Positions 9,443 through 21,086 of a stretch of 64,000 bases of DNA are shown here, piece after piece. The stretch spans positions 770,341 through 834,340 of the forward strand of contig JAFLVM010000001.1 of NCBI GenBank assembly GCA_022508305.1, in the 5' to 3' direction. Source of the stretch: Clostridiales bacterium (lineage in GTDB: Bacteria > Bacillota > Clostridia > Christensenellales > CAG-314). The notes under the pieces are model-generated. The model saw nothing but the letters and a program-made list of their open reading frames with translations, ran no database searches and was not told the DNA's origin. The first letter of the stretch is position 1. Every line of letters begins with the position of its first letter. The position numbers were made by a program, and so were the translations under genes.

Positions 9443-11156
9443 TGATATCACCTCCCATTTGACTTTGATAAATTTCGCGATAGGTCGGGCAGTTTTCCAA
9501 TAGCTCCTTGTGAGTTCCCACGCCCACCACGCTGCCTTGATCAAGTACGTACACCTTGTCACAGCGCATAGCCGTCGCCGCCCGCTGCGTAACGATGATT
9601 TGCGTTTTGTTTTTCAAGTATTGATTGAGAGCCTTTCTTAGGTTGGCTTCCGTGAGGTAGTCCAAAGCGGAAAAGCTGTCGTCAAATACGTACACCGAGG
9701 CAGGCTTCAAAATAGTCCGCGCAATGTTGATACGCTGCTTTTGTCCGCCGGAAACGTTGTTGCCCGCTTGCGTCAGCTTGTAGTTGATACCTTCTTCCTT
9801 GCTGCCCACGAACTCATCCATTTGAGCAATTTTCAACACCTCTACAACCTGTTCGTCGGTAGCGTCTCGGTTGCCCATTCGAACGTTGTCGGCAATAGTG
9901 CCTTCGAATATCATACTCTTTTGCAAAGCTATCGCAACGTTGTCGCGGACGGTTGCGGGTGTAAGCTCTTCGTAGTCCTTTCCGCCAAAAGTTCGAACGC
10001 CATCTTTTGCAGGGTAAAAATCCATAAGCAGCTTGACGAGCGTCGTTTTGCCGCTACCCGTGCCGCCAATTATTCCCACAATTTCGCCCTGTTTAACATC
10101 GAAAGTTACGTCGTTTAACGAGTTTACTTGCGCATTTTGATAAGCAAAGCTAACCTTCTCGAAACTAATGTTACCTTCCAGTTCGTAGCCCAGTGACGCG
10201 TCCTCGCGAGTGTTTTGCGTGTCCAAAATTGCGCCGACACGCTTCAGACTTACCTTGATGTGAGGAATAAAAGAAATCGTCCAAGAAAGTATCAGTACGG
10301 CGTTTGCAATAAGCGCAATGTACTGAATAGTCGCCAAAATGTCGCCCGCTTGTAATGCCGTGTCCGACTGCAAACGAACTGCTCCAACGTAGATGATTGC
10401 AACCGTCGCAAGGTTGAGTAGCAGCGACGCAATGGGGCTTACAAGTCCGCTTACTGTGTTGGCTGTAACGAAGCTGTTGCACATTTCGCTTGTGGCACGC
10501 GCCGCGCGCTCATGTTCGTATTTTTCCTTGTCAAAGGCGCGTACAACTCTGATACCCGACAGTCGCTCGCGAACAACCCTGTTTTGTACGTCGGTGTACT
10601 CCTCGCCGCGTTGCCAATGTTTTTCCAAGCTCCCTGTGATAAGACTTGAAACTGTCAGTACCACCACGGACACGCCAAGCAGAATCAAAGGCAACACCCA
10701 GTCGCCGGCGAACGACAGGACGATTCCGCCGATGAACATAATGGGGGCGGTGATAAACACGTAGGGCAGCTGCGACACCGTTTCCTCAATCCAGTTAACG
10801 TCGTCGGTGGTACGCGTGATAAGACTGCCCGTGCCCAATTCGGAAAACTGCTCGAAGCTAAGAGAATTGACCTTGTTAAATATCTGCTTGCGAATGTCCA
10901 CTGCAAGGCGAGCGTTAAATTTGCTGCTTACGGAATTGGTAATCAAAGCGCAAGCAAGAGCCGAAAGCGCCAAAGCAATCATAATTGCGCCGTAGGTGAG
11001 AATTACAGTCACGTTCTGTTCGCGAATGCCGTCGTCCACTATTTTACCCATGATAAAGGGCAAAAACAGCGCGCACGACGTTTGCAAAGCGTAGAGGAAC
11101 ATTAGTAAAATTACTGTCTTTGTATAGGGTTTTAGAAATTTGAATAGATACTTCAT
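9435..11156 (-). CDS. ABC transporter permease/ATP-binding protein (exporter half-transporter, subunit 1)
   Basis: TM domain followed by an NBD: Walker A GGTGSGKTT, signature VSGGQKQRINIAR, Walker B VYVFDDSFS. Paired with the downstream gene in the manner of heterodimeric multidrug-type exporters. Confidence 0.9.
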   Translation of the reverse strand: MKYLFKFLKPYTKTVILLMFLYALQTSCALFLPFIMGKIVDDGIREQNVTVILTYGAIMIALALSALACALITNSVSSKFNARLAVDIRKQIFNKVNSLSFEQFSELGTGSLITRTTDDVNWIEETVSQLPYVFITAPIMFIGGIVLSFAGDWVLPLILLGVSVVVLTVSSLITGSLEKHWQRGEEYTDVQNRVVRERLSGIRVVRAFDKEKYEHERAARATSEMCNSFVTANTVSGLVSPIASLLLNLATVAIIYVGAVRLQSDTALQAGDILATIQYIALIANAVLILSWTISFIPHIKVSLKRVGAILDTQNTREDASLGYELEGNISFEKVSFAYQNAQVNSLNDVTFDVKQGEIVGIIGGTGSGKTTLVKLLMDFYPAKDGVRTFGGKDYEELTPATVRDNVAIALQKSMIFEGTIADNVRMGNRDATDEQVVEVLKIAQMDEFVGSKEEGINYKLTQAGNNVSGGQKQRINIARTILKPASVYVFDDSFSALDYLTEANLRKALNQYLKNKTQIIVTQRAATAMRCDKVYVLDQGSVVGVGTHKELLENCPTYREIYQSQMGGDINE

Positions 11157-11340
11157 ATATAATCACAACTCGTTTAGTTATTTTGCGGTATCACCTTAGC
11201 AATACCACTTTACCGTATTCTTGCAAATAAAACAATGGACAGGTTGGCGAATAATGCTCAAATTGCTAAACTATTTTTTTAGTTTTAAATCAACCGCTGT
11301 TTTAGTTAGCAAAAAATTATTGTTAATTTGTTCAAAACAC

Positions 11341-11372
11341 GAAAAAAGCGCGCTTCCCAAACGAAAGCGCGC
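11341..11372 (-). terminator. Rho-independent terminator between the 24-aa ORF and the ABC exporter operon
   Basis: Minus strand: GCGCGCTT-tcgtttggg-AAGCGCGC (8-bp GC-rich stem) followed by TTTTTTCG. Confidence 0.75.
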
Positions 11373-11401
11373 GTAAATTACACTACACAGTATTGCCGAG
11401 C

Positions 11402-11476
11402 TTAGTTTTCGGCAAAAGGTAGGTGATTGCAACTTCCGTTTGTAGTCATTTTGTATTGTATTCTGTTGTTGGTCAT
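11402..11476 (-). CDS. Small ORF, 24 aa (MTNNRIQYKMTTNGSCNHLPFAEN); possible leader peptide or small protein
   Basis: Not in the supplied ORF track (too short). Perfect SD AAGGAGGTGA lies 8 nt before the ATG (11476). A hairpin TTGCCGA/TCGGCAA (11393-11415) spans its stop codon, and a terminator follows about 30 nt later. Confidence 0.35.
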   Translation of the reverse strand: MTNNRIQYKMTTNGSCNHLPFAEN

Positions 11477-11533
11477 TGCTTTCACCTCCTTTTTATTTAT
11501 TTTTCTTTATGTTAGCACATCATTGTGGCTCCG

Positions 11534-12103
11534 TCAAGCAATTGACGCTACAAAACCTGCCAAAGCCTCGGGAGCTGCTCCCTGCTGTAACCCTTCGAGC
11601 AATTTTCCTGCGATACCGTTGATAATCCAATCACCGAAGAAATTGTTGCTGTAGATATGTTCGCCAACCCAACTCGTTTGGAAAGCCTCGCCTGCAAAAG
11701 ATTTAATTAGCGGCAAAAATTCCTCGCCCGTATTGTTGAACAGTGAGAATATGACCGCAAACACAAGGTACACCACGGCTAAACCCAACACGCCGCCCAA
11801 AATTCGGTCAAGTAGACCGATGATTTTGACTTTTTTGAGCAGTTTGGTAATCAAAAGCGCAAGCAAAGCGTAAGCAACTGTTAGCAAAATTACCGTTGCA
11901 ATCATTGCCACAACGTTGCGCGTGCCGTCGCTCATAGAGGTGTTGATAAGCCAGCTTTGCACGTACGGTTCAACGGTCGCTGTGAGAGTAGCGACAAGAA
12001 TAACGCCAACGATGGTAAGTATTTGTCTAATTAGACCCTTGAATACACCCAAGATAAAGGCAACCGCAACAAGCGCCAAAAAGACGTAGTCTAATACGTT
12101 CAT
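11534..12103 (-). CDS. cvpA: CvpA family membrane protein
   Basis: 189 aa with about four TM helices. N-terminus MNVLDYVFLALVAVAFILGVFKGLIRQILTIVGVILV matches the CvpA (colicin V production) family pattern. Confidence 0.65.
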   Translation of the reverse strand: MNVLDYVFLALVAVAFILGVFKGLIRQILTIVGVILVATLTATVEPYVQSWLINTSMSDGTRNVVAMIATVILLTVAYALLALLITKLLKKVKIIGLLDRILGGVLGLAVVYLVFAVIFSLFNNTGEEFLPLIKSFAGEAFQTSWVGEHIYSNNFFGDWIINGIAGKLLEGLQQGAAPEALAGFVASIA

Positions 12104-12228
12104 AATTACTCCTTACGTCCAATTATGTCCACGGTTTATATTTTTGTCAACAAAATTGGCGGAATATACAAGAATTGCATCGTTTTTCAAAGCATATATA
12201 AAGCTTCTACAAAGACGAGGGTGTTCCA

Positions 12229-13926
12229 CTACATTTTTTCGGGGGATTCGATGCCAAGTAAGGCAAGTCCTTTTTTGAGGACGGTGCCCGTTGCCTCTAC
12301 AACTTGCAAACGCGCGTTTTGTTCCGCTACGTTGTCGGAAATAACGCGGTGCTCGATGTAAAACCTGTTGAACGCCTGCGCAATATCTATTAGCAACGCC
12401 GATACAATGCTCGGTTCGTACTTGAAAGCAGCGTCCTTGACCGCCTGCGGGAACGCGCCGAGCAGCTTGCACAATCTGAGAGTTTCCGAATTGTTGAGAA
12501 CCTCGAAGTCGGGAGCAATCTTGCAATTTCGCGATTGACCTGCCTTTTCAATGAGCGAATTGCACCTTGCGGCTGTGTACTGAAGATAAGGCGCAGTTTC
12601 GCCGTCAAAGTTCAGTACGCGGTCGAAGGTAAAGGTGATGTCCTTGATTTTGCTGTTTTCAAGCGCCGAGAACAGCACCGCGCCAACGCCAACTTGCTCG
12701 GCAACCTTTTCCTTGTTGGGCAAATTGGGGTTCTTCTCTGTGATGATTTCCAGCGACTTACTCACAGCCTTGTCAATGACGTCGCGGAGCAGCACCACGT
12801 TACCTTTGCGGGTGGACATGGAGCCTTCCTCAAGACTTACCATGCCGAAAGCCACGTGAACCAAATCCTTAGCCCACTCGAATCCTGCCAGCTCCAACAC
12901 CTTGAAAAATTGCTTGAAGTGCAAATTTTGTTGATACGCTACTACGTACAGGCACTTATCGAAGTCGTACTCCTGTTTGCGCCAAATTGCAGCTGCAATG
13001 TCGCGGGTCGCGTACAGGCTGCTACCGTCGGACTTCACAAGCAGGCACGGAGGCATGTTGTAGTCCTTCAAGTCCACTACTTGCGCGCCTTGACTTTCGG
13101 TAATCAGTCCCTTGTCACGCAGCATTTGTAGCGGCTTGTCCATCTTGTCATTGAAGAAGCTTTCGCCGTTAAAACTGTCGAACTTGACGTTTAGACGCTT
13201 GTAGATGTCCATAACTTCGGCAAGCGTAATTTTTTTGAAAAATTCGAAAAGCTCCTGCGCCTCTTTGTCGCCCTTTTCGATACGTACAAACCACTCGCGC
13301 GCCTGTTCCGTCAGCTCGGGGTGATCCACTTCCTCTTGGTGGAATTTGACGTAAACGCGTTGCAATTCCTGAACGCCCAACTTTTCGACGGTTGCTCTGT
13401 CCGTCCACAGCTTAAAGGCAACTATCATCTTGCCAAACTGCGTTCCGTAGTCGCCAAGGTGGTTGATACCTACAACGTTGTAGCCAAGCGCCGTGTACAG
13501 CTTGTAGAGGCTACTTCCTATTGCCGTTGTGGAAAGGTGTCCTATGTGGAAGGATTTACAGATGTTAACCGAGCTGTAGTCGATACACACCGTTTTGCCG
13601 TTACCTACCGTGTCGTTGCCGTATTTTACGCCCTTTTTAGTCACTTCGTCCAAAACGGACTTGGTGTATTCCAAGCGGTTGACGAAAAAGTTAAGGTAAC
13701 CGTTGACCGCTTCCACCTTGACAACGTGTTCGTCAAGCTGTATTTCGCTTGCCAATTTTTCGGCAATCTGAACGGGTGACATGCGCATTTCCCTCGCCAA
13801 CTTGAAGCAAGGAAAAGCGTAGTCGCCAAAAGAGTCGTCCGCCGTTTCGGTAATTAACGACTCAAGCTCCGCCGTACTTAGCGGAGCTTTAATCTTATTT
13901 GCAATAATTTGTTTGTAATTTAACAT
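12229..13926 (-). CDS. argS: Arginine--tRNA ligase
   Basis: Class I HIGH motif (SFHIGHLST), ArgRS-like N-terminal and anticodon-binding regions, C-terminal ...GIESPEKM. Start placed at ATG 13926 (MLNYKQII...), 1 nt after the gyrA stop, not the track start at 13986. Confidence 0.92.
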   Translation of the reverse strand: MLNYKQIIANKIKAPLSTAELESLITETADDSFGDYAFPCFKLAREMRMSPVQIAEKLASEIQLDEHVVKVEAVNGYLNFFVNRLEYTKSVLDEVTKKGVKYGNDTVGNGKTVCIDYSSVNICKSFHIGHLSTTAIGSSLYKLYTALGYNVVGINHLGDYGTQFGKMIVAFKLWTDRATVEKLGVQELQRVYVKFHQEEVDHPELTEQAREWFVRIEKGDKEAQELFEFFKKITLAEVMDIYKRLNVKFDSFNGESFFNDKMDKPLQMLRDKGLITESQGAQVVDLKDYNMPPCLLVKSDGSSLYATRDIAAAIWRKQEYDFDKCLYVVAYQQNLHFKQFFKVLELAGFEWAKDLVHVAFGMVSLEEGSMSTRKGNVVLLRDVIDKAVSKSLEIITEKNPNLPNKEKVAEQVGVGAVLFSALENSKIKDITFTFDRVLNFDGETAPYLQYTAARCNSLIEKAGQSRNCKIAPDFEVLNNSETLRLCKLLGAFPQAVKDAAFKYEPSIVSALLIDIAQAFNRFYIEHRVISDNVAEQNARLQVVEATGTVLKKGLALLGIESPEKM

Positions 13927-13927
13927 T

Positions 13928-16408
13928 CTATTCCTCTGAGCCTTCTTCGAGTTCCTCAGTTGCGGGGCTTTCTGACACGCACACAACCTTGCCGTCGCCC
14001 TTGACCTTCTTTAAAATTACGCCCTTAGTGTCTCTGCCGATCTTGGAAATTTCCATTGCGCGAACGCGAATGACTATGCCGTTGTCGGTGATTATCATGA
14101 CGTCGTTTTCGGGGTTGATGAGCTTGAGGTTTACAAGCTTACCCGTCGTTTCGTCAAACTTGCCCGCCTTGATACCCTTGCCTGCGCGTGACTGCAAGCG
14201 ATAGTCAATCAAGTCGCTGCGCTTGCCGAAGCCGTTTTCGGAAATGGTGAGTACTTCTACGCCGTTGCGAGCAATAGCCATGTCCACGACGTAATCGTCG
14301 CCTTCCAGTTTCATTGAGCGGACGCCCTGAGCCTCTCTGCCCATGGAGCGAACTTCCTCTTCGGCAAACCTTATGCACTTGCCTTCGTGCGAAGCCATGA
14401 GTACTTCGTCGTAGCCCGTAGTCATGTCTACGCCAATCAGCTCGTCGCCGTCAAGAAGCGAAATTGCAATTTTACCTGTTTTTCTTATACTTTCGAATTC
14501 CGCAAGGTCAGTCTTTTTGATTAGTCCTTGGCGTGTTGCCATGATGAGGTTGCCGCGGCTGTTTTCCTTACGGGTGATGACGGCGGTAACCTTTTCGTTA
14601 GCGTCAAGCTGCAAAATGTTGACGATAGCTCTGCCTCTTGCGGTACGCTCCGCCTCGGGAACCTCGTAGCCCTTGATGCAGTACACCTTGCCCCTGTTGG
14701 TGAAGAACAGCAAGTCGTCGTGTGTATTGGTGACGAACATACGCTCAACGAAGTCCTCTTCGCGAGGCTTATGCGCGGTAACTCCCCTTCCGCCACGCTT
14801 TTGAGTGCGGTATTCGGTGATGGGCAAACGTTTTACGTAGCCAAGGTGCGTCATGGAAATTACGACGTCTTCCTTTTCGATGAGGTCGCCGATGTCGATT
14901 TCCGAGTAGTCGGTGCAAATTTCCGTCTTGCGTTCCGCGCCGTACTTGTCGCGAATTTCCGACAGTTCGTTTACGATGATTTCCGATACGCGCTCGGGTT
15001 TTGCCAAAATGTCCTTCAAGTCTTCAATCAGCTTTTCCAGTTCGGCAAGCTCTTCCCTGAGAGTTTCCACCTCCAATTGCGTCAAACGCGACAGGCGCAT
15101 TTCGAGGATTGCGTTGGTCTGGCGTTCGCTAAGTCCGAATTCTTCCATCAAAGCCGCTGCGGCAGTTTGTCTGTCCTTGCTGCTCTTGATGATTTGAATA
15201 ACTCTGTCAATGTTGTCGAGGGCAACCACCAAGCCTTGAATGATGTGGTGTCTGTCCTCTGCCTTTTCGAGGTCGAACTTGGTTCTGCGTGTGATAACTT
15301 CGCGTTGGTGAGCAATGTAGTAAGATAGAATTTCCTTGAGGTTCAGGATTCTCGGTTCGCCGTCTGCAAGCGCAAGCAGGGTGATACCGTCGCTTACCTG
15401 CAGCTGCGTGTGCTTGAACAGCATGTTGAGCACCACTTGAGCGTTTGCGTCGCGTTTCAACTCGAACACGATACGCATACCGTGACGGTCACTTTCCTCG
15501 CGAATGTCGGAAATACCTTCAAGACGCTTGTCCTTTACCATTCCGGCAATTGTTTCCACCAGCTTCGCCTTGTTTACTTGATAAGGCAGTTCGGTTACGA
15601 TAATTCTTTGTCTGCCGTTGTGTTCCTCAATTTCCGTCTTTGCGCGAACGAGAATCGTGCCCTTGCCCGTCTTGTAGGCGTTGCGGATTCCAACGCGACC
15701 CATGATGATACCGCCTGTTGGGAAATCGGGCGCGGGAACAACCTTCATCAGTTCCTCAACGGTGATGTCGGGATTGTTGAGCACCGCAATTGCGCCGTTG
15801 ATTACTTCGCCGAGGTTGTGAGGGGGAATGTTCGTCGCCATACCTACGGCAATTCCGTCCGCGCCGTTTACGAGCAGGTTGGGGAAGCGGCTGGGCAGTA
15901 CCGTCGGCTGCATAAGCGTATTGTCGAAGTTGGGGTAGAAATCTACCGTGTTTTTGTCAATTTCGCGGAGCATTTCCGCAGCGATTTTGCTCAAGCGCGC
16001 CTCGGTGTAACGTTGCGCTGCCGGTGGGTCGCCATCCACGCTACCGAAGTTACCTTGTCCGTCTACCAAAGGGCAACGAATGGAAAAGTCTTGAGCCAAA
16101 CGCACCAATGCGTCGTAAACTGCGGAGTCACCGTGGGGGTGATACTTACCGAGCACGTCACCTACGATTCTGGCGCACTTACGGTAAGGCTTGTCGTTGA
16201 AAAGGTTGAGTTCGCCCATTGCGTACAGAATACGTCTGTGAACGGGCTTCAATCCGTCGCGTACGTCGGGAATGGCGCGGGAAACGTTTACCGCCATTGC
16301 GTAGGCAATGAAGGACTTTTTCATTTCCTCTTCCATCTTGATTACCTTGACGGTGGTTTTGCCTAACGCTTCTACGTAGTCAAAATGTTGTTCTACTTGC
16401 TTAGCCAT
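13928..16408 (-). CDS. gyrA: DNA gyrase subunit A
   Basis: 826 aa. Contains [16 protein letters not shown]-like [37 protein letters not shown], active-site [10 protein letters not shown] and C-terminal beta-pinwheel repeats. Confidence 0.97.
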   Translation of the reverse strand: MAKQVEQHFDYVEALGKTTVKVIKMEEEMKKSFIAYAMAVNVSRAIPDVRDGLKPVHRRILYAMGELNLFNDKPYRKCARIVGDVLGKYHPHGDSAVYDALVRLAQDFSIRCPLVDGQGNFGSVDGDPPAAQRYTEARLSKIAAEMLREIDKNTVDFYPNFDNTLMQPTVLPSRFPNLLVNGADGIAVGMATNIPPHNLGEVINGAIAVLNNPDITVEELMKVVPAPDFPTGGIIMGRVGIRNAYKTGKGTILVRAKTEIEEHNGRQRIIVTELPYQVNKAKLVETIAGMVKDKRLEGISDIREESDRHGMRIVFELKRDANAQVVLNMLFKHTQLQVSDGITLLALADGEPRILNLKEILSYYIAHQREVITRRTKFDLEKAEDRHHIIQGLVVALDNIDRVIQIIKSSKDRQTAAAALMEEFGLSERQTNAILEMRLSRLTQLEVETLREELAELEKLIEDLKDILAKPERVSEIIVNELSEIRDKYGAERKTEICTDYSEIDIGDLIEKEDVVISMTHLGYVKRLPITEYRTQKRGGRGVTAHKPREEDFVERMFVTNTHDDLLFFTNRGKVYCIKGYEVPEAERTARGRAIVNILQLDANEKVTAVITRKENSRGNLIMATRQGLIKKTDLAEFESIRKTGKIAISLLDGDELIGVDMTTGYDEVLMASHEGKCIRFAEEEVRSMGREAQGVRSMKLEGDDYVVDMAIARNGVEVLTISENGFGKRSDLIDYRLQSRAGKGIKAGKFDETTGKLVNLKLINPENDVMIITDNGIVIRVRAMEISKIGRDTKGVILKKVKGDGKVVCVSESPATEELEEGSEE

Positions 16409-16420
16409 TGTTCACCCTCC

Positions 16421-18427
<2,007 letters not shown>

Positions 18428-18545
18428 TTAGATTGCGTTTAAACGCCTTGAAACCGCCCAATTTCGGCAAAATGAGCGTTGGCCGTAGATGTAGTCGATT
18501 TCCGCGTACGCCCGTTACAGGCGAAAATTAAGATATAACGCAGAG

Positions 18546-18574
18546 TTGTATATTTTTTGATTTTATGGTATAAT
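18546..18574 (+). promoter_or_regulatory. Candidate promoter for recF
   Basis: TTGTAT (18546-18551), 17-nt spacer, TGgTATAAT extended -10 (TATAAT at 18569-18574), 58 nt upstream of the recF ATG. Confidence 0.45.
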
Positions 18575-18632
18575 TTTTTTGTAAAATATTTCCTCCAGCT
18601 CCCCTACTGAGGGCAGCATTACTACTGCAAAT

Positions 18633-19739
18633 ATGAAAGTTACGGAAATTGCCGTAAGCAACTACCGCAATTTGGCGCGGCAGACAGTTACGCTCGGTGA
18701 CCAACTGAATATTTTTACGGGTAGCAACGCTCAAGGTAAAACCAATTTGGTCGAGAGCGTGTATTTGTGCTGCATTGGCAAAAGTCCGCGCACCGACAAG
18801 GACAGGGATCTCATTCGTTGGCAGCAGGACAGGGCGTTCGTTCGCGTAAAATACAACTGCCGCTTCGGCGAAGGGGAAATCACCGTAACCTTGACTGCGG
18901 GCGCGAAAAAGCAAATTACCGTCAATTCCGTACCTATATCGAAAATCGGCGAGCTGATGGGCTACCTCAACTGTATCTACTTTTCGCCAAAGGAAATTGA
19001 GATTATCAGTCGCTCACCCGCCGAACGCAGACGGTTCCTCGACATAGATTTGTGCCAGACGGACAAAAACTACTTTTACAGCCTGACCCGCTTCAACAAG
19101 GCTTTAGCTCAACGGAACAACCTCTTGAAACAGGCAAAAAGTGTAGATGGGGTTAAAGAAACGGTGTTCGCCTGGGATAAGCAGATTGCCGAAGAGGGGG
19201 CGAAGGTCATTGCCAAACGCCGCAGTTTTTGCGACAAGCTCAAGCTGTACGCCAAGCAAAGTCACGCGACGCTAACCGACGGCAAGGAACAGCTGGAAAT
19301 GGAATACGTCACTCAAATAAAGGGCGAGAACGTTACGGAAATTGCGGAAAGCTACCTGACCCTACTGCAGAGCAACGTGGAAAAGGACTTTCAACTCCGC
19401 CACACCTCAGTGGGTTGCCAACGCGACGACATCATGCTGAAGATCAACGGCGTGGACGTGCGTAGCTTCGGCAGTCAAGGTCAGCTTCGCACTACCGCTT
19501 TGTCGTTGAAGTTAGCCGAACTGCAAATTTTCAAAAACATTATCGGCGAGTACCCGGTGCTAATACTTGACGACGTTCTTTCCGAATTGGACGTTGACAG
19601 ACAGCAGCGACTATTGAACTTTGACAAGGATTTGCAAATACTGCTCACCACCGCTACGGAAATCAACCACGATCTTGCGGGTAGCAACTGTAAGTTCTTT
19701 ACAATTACCAAAGGGAAATGCGACCTTCGGCATGCGTAA
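18633..19739 (+). CDS. recF: DNA replication/repair protein RecF
   Basis: 368 aa. N-terminus ...NYRNL...NIFTGSNAQGKTNLVESVY (Walker A), and C-terminal SQGQLRTTALSLKLAE / ILDDVLSELD signature and Walker B. Confidence 0.92.
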   Translation: MKVTEIAVSNYRNLARQTVTLGDQLNIFTGSNAQGKTNLVESVYLCCIGKSPRTDKDRDLIRWQQDRAFVRVKYNCRFGEGEITVTLTAGAKKQITVNSVPISKIGELMGYLNCIYFSPKEIEIISRSPAERRRFLDIDLCQTDKNYFYSLTRFNKALAQRNNLLKQAKSVDGVKETVFAWDKQIAEEGAKVIAKRRSFCDKLKLYAKQSHATLTDGKEQLEMEYVTQIKGENVTEIAESYLTLLQSNVEKDFQLRHTSVGCQRDDIMLKINGVDVRSFGSQGQLRTTALSLKLAELQIFKNIIGEYPVLILDDVLSELDVDRQQRLLNFDKDLQILLTTATEINHDLAGSNCKFFTITKGKCDLRHA

Positions 19740-19856
19740 AAACCTCACACGTTTTCCCAAATCTGGTAAAAAAACTCACCCATATTTAAAAATACCGTCG
19801 CTTACTTTGAGCCGACTGTTGAAATAAAAAACCGCAAAGGTAAAGGAGATATTACA

Positions 19857-20117
19857 ATGAAATATGAATACAAAACGGAAAACACCTGTTCACGTGTTAT
19901 CACTTTCGACATTGACGGCGACGTGATTAGCAACGTCAGCTTTGTCGGCGGCTGCAACGGCAACCTCAAAGCTGTTTCCAAGCTCGTTGACGGAATGACG
20001 GTAGACAAGATTGAAAAGGTTTTGTTGGGCAACACCTGCGGAAACCGCCCCACCTCTTGCGCCGACCAGCTGGCAAAGGCAGTTCGTAAGGCGTACGACG
20101 AAACGCACGGGGCATAA
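19857..20117 (+). CDS. TIGR03905-type TSCPD-domain 4-Cys protein
   Basis: 86 aa. CSRVITFDIDGDVISNVSFVGGCNGNL...GNTCGNRPTSCADQLAKAV matches the small TSCPD-domain family. SD AAAGGAG. Confidence 0.8.
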   Translation: MKYEYKTENTCSRVITFDIDGDVISNVSFVGGCNGNLKAVSKLVDGMTVDKIEKVLLGNTCGNRPTSCADQLAKAVRKAYDETHGA

Positions 20118-20148
20118 AGGAACTTGAACACTTAAATAAGTAGATTAA

Positions 20149-20188
20149 AGGACACGCTGCATGAAACAACGTGCCCTTCTTATTTTTT
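20149..20188 (+). terminator. Rho-independent terminator
   Basis: AGGACACG ... CGTGCCCT stem (one mismatch) followed by TCTTATTTTTT. Lies downstream of the TSCPD gene. Confidence 0.6.
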
Positions 20189-20220
20189 GTAAAAATCCTT
20201 ATATTTCGTAGCTGAATGGG

Positions 20221-20439
20221 TTAGAAACCGTTGATTGTATTAAAGATGCTGCTGCCCGTGGTAGTCGTAGTTGTCGTAGTCGTCGTACTGTTGTTATTGT
20301 TGCAGCAACGGTTGTACCAACAGTTGAACAGTAGTATAACAAAGGCGATGATAAGCCCCGTGGTGAGCGAAAGCTTGTTGTCTTTGTCAAGCACGGCGTA
20401 CAACAGCAATAAATACAGCAAACTCGTCGTAATATTCAT
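20221..20439 (-). CDS. Small membrane protein, 72 aa, with a Cys cluster and an Asn4-Ser-Thr10 low-complexity tail
   Basis: ATG at 20439 preceded by AAAGGGG. Sequence MNITTSLLYLLLLYAVL...LIIAFVILLFNCWYNRCCNNNNSTTTTTTTTTTGSS. Divergent from the ArsR gene. The track ORF (129 aa) is probably over-extended at its 5' end. Confidence 0.5.
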   Translation of the reverse strand: MNITTSLLYLLLLYAVLDKDNKLSLTTGLIIAFVILLFNCWYNRCCNNNNSTTTTTTTTTTGSSIFNTINGF

Positions 20440-20539
20440 AAAAAACCCCTTTGTTCGTTTTTTTACTACAATATGCGCTAAAATTTCACAATGTGCAAAA
20501 TGTAAAATTTTAGTTGAAAATGGTACAAGCCCCCTCGCC

Positions 20540-20561
20540 CACCTCGCCGGTGAGGCAACTA
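20540..20561 (+). repeat. Dispersed intergenic repeat, core copy (CACCTCGCCGGTGAGGCAACTA)
   Basis: Matches the cores at 21980-22001 (rc), 59286-59307 (rc), 59268-59285 (rc) and 29291-29304. Consensus CACCTCGYCRGTGRGGCAAGTA. Confidence 0.5.
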
Positions 20562-20597
20562 ACATTATTATATTTATATTGAAAAGGAGCATCAAGT

Positions 20598-20927
20598 ATG
20601 ATTGTCGCAACGCCCAAGGTATTAGACGACATGGATTGCTATTTACCCGACGACAATTCGGTGAGGCGAATTGCGCGGTTTTTCGGCTTGCTGTCCGACC
20701 CGTCGAGAGTAAAGCTACTGTCCGCGCTCACCATTTCGCCCCTGTGCGTAACCGACCTTGCGGCAATACTCAACATGAATCAGACCACCGTGTCACATCA
20801 ACTGCGACTGCTAAGAGACCTCGACGTGGTGAGCTGCGAACGGCAAGGGAAAATCCTGAAATACAAGATTGCCAACCCCAAAATAAACGAAATTTTGTTA
20901 GTTGGGGTGGAATATTTAGGTTATTAG
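20598..20927 (+). CDS. ArsR/SmtB family transcriptional regulator
   Basis: 109 aa. LSDPSRVKLLSALTISPLCVTDLAAILNMNQTTVSHQLRLLRDLDVV is a classic ArsR winged-HTH signature. SD AAAGGAG. Confidence 0.88.
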   Translation: MIVATPKVLDDMDCYLPDDNSVRRIARFFGLLSDPSRVKLLSALTISPLCVTDLAAILNMNQTTVSHQLRLLRDLDVVSCERQGKILKYKIANPKINEILLVGVEYLGY

Positions 20928-21086
20928 GTGAAACCGTAAGCTATACGTGTGGCTAAATAATGCATAATATTTTTATCTTTCAAACAGTTGCCTTATCTAT
21001 TTAATAGTCGTATAATACCTCAAAGAAAACCGCATAAAAGGGTTTTCGAGTGTAAACAAATCTAAAGAGGTATATAGGAGAAAGTT

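Noticed and set aside
12390-13779. Overlapping ORFs within argS on both strands (12535-13131, 13321-13779, 12113-12526, 12390-12608)
   Set aside because: They are shadow frames of a well-supported class I tRNA ligase gene, with no independent signals.
20245-20300. Poly-Thr/Asn codon tract as a phase-variable simple sequence repeat
   Set aside because: The codons are mixed (ACG/ACT/ACA/ACC), not a perfect tandem repeat, so slipped-strand switching is unlikely.
20231-20956. 241-aa plus-strand ORF spanning the small-peptide/ArsR locus
   Set aside because: It is out of frame with the clearly recognisable ArsR protein and antisense to the SD-preceded small ORF. Its product is low-complexity.
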